A program made the translations under genes and the position numbers. Below, piece after piece: positions 61,204 to 64,000 of a stretch of DNA of 64,000 nucleotides (positions within the stretch are counted from its first letter, which is position 1; every line of letters starts with the position of its first letter). The stretch is taken from NCBI RefSeq assembly GCF_963921235.1, contig NC_086107.1:107758001-107822000 (forward strand). Reading direction: 5' to 3'. The notes under the pieces are model-generated. The model was not told where the DNA came from and did not search any database. It worked only from the letters and a program-made list of their open reading frames with translations. The DNA comes from Mobula hypostoma (Eukaryota).

Positions 61204-64000
61204 AATCTTTTACATTGATGGCTAAACTTCCATTGCCTATAGATAACATGAAGAATCCTTGTCAAAATTGACGTTGGAGAGAATTTATCAGCCTTTTTAA
61301 TTTCACAGTCTGGTAAACCATAAGACATAGGAGCAGAATTAGGCAATTTGGCCCATCAAGCTCTGCCATTTTATCATGACTAATCTATTATCCCTCAACT
61401 CCATTTTCCTGCCTTCTCTCTGTAACCTTTAATGCCCTCATTACTCAAGAACCTATCAACCTCGGCTTTAAATATACCCAATGATTTGACCTCCATAGCT
61501 GTCTATGGCAATAAATTCCACAGATTCACCACCCTCTGGCTAAAATTACTCTCACTTCCCCATACAGTTATGTTCTGCTTGGTTTATCCTCATCTCCAAT
61601 CCAGAATAAAACTCTGAAAAGAGGATGGGGGAAGAAATATGACATCTGCATTAGTGCAGTTGGACTCCTTCTTTGCCCCAGCACCCTCCCCCTTCCTGTG
61701 TACCTTTCCTGGCCACACCCATCTCGCCACATGTACTTGGCCCTATCCCGCCAAGAAGCACAAGGCAGCAATTCAATCCCTGACGACATCATCAACCGCG
61801 AGAGGTTTCAGGAATTGTCAGCACGAGCCAGGGATCGGATTTCTGTCTCCAGCTCACTGCCAGACGCCAGTTACACTTTCCCCGATTATAAATAGATTCA
61901 AGTTTATTTTTCAAAAGGTAGGCTTAATTCCACTGGTGAGCAGTTCGGATCCCACCTCAAAATCCCCTAGTTTTTTTTTTAACATCCCCCTCCCGTGGTT
62001 TTCTCCCTCAGATCTGAAAGCTGGGTGGTCATCCTGCTCTTGGGTCCTCAGTGCAGGCCAACCTCCTGCTTATGCCCAGGAGGTTCATTGGAGAGGGAGG
62101 ATAGGGAAGAAGGTGGCAGGAGAAATGAAAGCTGGTCAGAGTGGGTCAATTCTAACTGCATTCCTTTTCTCAGGGATGTAGTTCTGCACCCCTCACACAT
62201 CACTGCCTCCAACTTGCCATCTCACGGGCAATTCAGTGATAGCAAGATGTGCAATTACGTTGCGTTGTTCCACCACACTAGTGTGTCCATGACACACAGA
62301 AGCAGAATTAGGCCATTCGGTTCGGCAGGTCAGCTCCACCATTCCATTATGGCTGATTTATCATCCCCCTCAACTGCACTCTCCGGCCTTCTCCCCTTAA
62401 CCTTTGACAACTTAACCATGGACTTATCAACCTCAGCTTTAAACGTACCCAATGGCATGGCCTCCACTGCCGTCTATAGCAATGAATTCCACAGATTCAC
62501 CATCCTCTGGCTAAAAAAAAATCCTTCTGTCTCTGTTCTGAAAGGATGTCGTTCTATTCTGAGGCTACACCCTCTGGTCCTAGACTCCCCACATTTGCAG
62601 TGATACTGAAAGTGGCCACTGTGTGACACAGCCTGCATTTTTATAGCATCTACTGTTGTAATTTATTCCCAGGGGACATCAAAAGTTAAAAACTAAAATC
62701 AACACGCATTAGGAGATAAAGGCAAAGACCAAAAGCCTAATCAAAGAATTAGTTGTTGATGGCCGCCTTAAAGGGAAGTCACAAGGATTTTAGGGAGAGT
62801 TTTCTAAAGCTTGGGGGTCAGACAGTTGAAGGCGTGGCCATCAATGAAAGATCGATTATATTTTAAAACGATCAAGAGACTGGAATTCTAGCGGAGATTT
62901 CAGAGGACTGAAGGAGGTACAAGATAGTGTCAGACATGAAGACAAGGGTGAAAAACTTTACGTTGGCTAGCTTGCCAAGCAGTAGATGGGCGCCATTCAG
63001 TGCAAGTTAGGGCAAGGGCAGCAATTTTGAGCAATTTAGGGTTTATGGAGGTGGATTTAGGAGGCCAGATGAGAGTGCATTGGAACTGTTGACTGGAGAT
63101 TGCTCATGATCAGAAAAAAAACAAGCTTTAGATCAAGTACGGAGCCAGCACCCAAACTGGACAAGCGTGCCTTCTCTCTTATGAATTTTGTGACGCAACT
63201 TTTCGTAACTCCAAAGAGCTTTACAGCTAACGAAGTTCTTTCTAAGTGTCAGCATTGATGTAATGTTGGAAACAACGGCAAATTTGTATACAGAAGCCAG
63301 CAATGTGCTTTTCGGAAGACTGCTCGATGGTCAAATATTGACAAGAACAGTATCCATCCCTTTTCTTCCGATTCATACAGTCTTCTACTGAAAGCGATAC
63401 CTGGGCTACTGGTCCAAAAGACACCACCTCCAACAATGCAGCAGTCCCTCGGTACTACATTGGTAAAGTCAGCCTAGCTGGATCTTGCGGTTTAAGCTGA
63501 GACGAATCCACCAAGAGAACTAGCTCATAAGCCCTGTCTGACAACTTGTAGACAACAGCACGTGTATGGAGAAAAGAGTGAACAGTAATTGATGACTAAA
63601 GTTTGGTTCACCTCGCTATTAGTATAGCGAAAACAAAGCAGTAAGCACACAGAAACATTCCAATTGAAGACCGGGAGCCTGTCTCCGCATTGACAGGCCT
63701 GCCATCTCCTCCGAGGGCCTTCAATGTCACTTGAGTCGAGAGAGCCAGAGCAAGCAAGCCGAGTTTGTGGCTACCTGCCCGAACCCCACCGCAGGTTCCC
63801 AGTGTCTAAACAACCTCTATCCGCCCCACGGAGCTGGGATCTTCTCCGTGCGCAAGCATCTGCTGCTGGTGAACATTATTCGGACGATTTGGCGTTTGCA
63901 CCTCCCAAGATCGCCAGTGAATTTACCAGTAATTCACACAAAACGATGGACCCTAGGCGTGATTTCCGCCAGGCCCGGCAATGTTCCTTCTATTTCCTTC

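Noticed and set aside
61639..62603. 180-aa and 202-aa plus-strand ORFs in the SOX10 intron
   Set aside because: No recognisable domain; the second runs into an antisense CR1 3' end.

Overview
This is repeat-dense vertebrate genomic DNA, not prokaryotic. The repeat repertoire (CR1, Rex1/Babar, RTE, V-SINE/HE1-like, DeuSINE/SacSINE1-like, Penelope-like) suggests a cartilaginous fish, probably a ray (inference). The only host gene I can support is SOX10 on the minus strand. Its second coding exon is 52669-52925 (C-terminal HMG box) and its last coding exon is 47389-48095 (transactivation domain, stop TAA), followed by a mostly repeat-poor 3' UTR region. The first coding exon was not found and should lie beyond 64000. 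The rest is nested transposon debris, minisatellites and a few short unique islands that look like enhancers. The most notable hidden signal is a dispersed family of Penelope-like fragments. They carry minimal hammerhead ribozyme motifs (CUGANGA..GAAACGUC), often as fold-back units with clean target-site duplications (TSDs). One copy has an intact core, one near-intact copy is sense to the SOX10 pre-mRNA, and that same insertion shows a triplicated target site. These are instances of a known class; I found no clearly new biological system. Repeat family names come from motif recognition without database searches, and many repeat boundaries are approximate.
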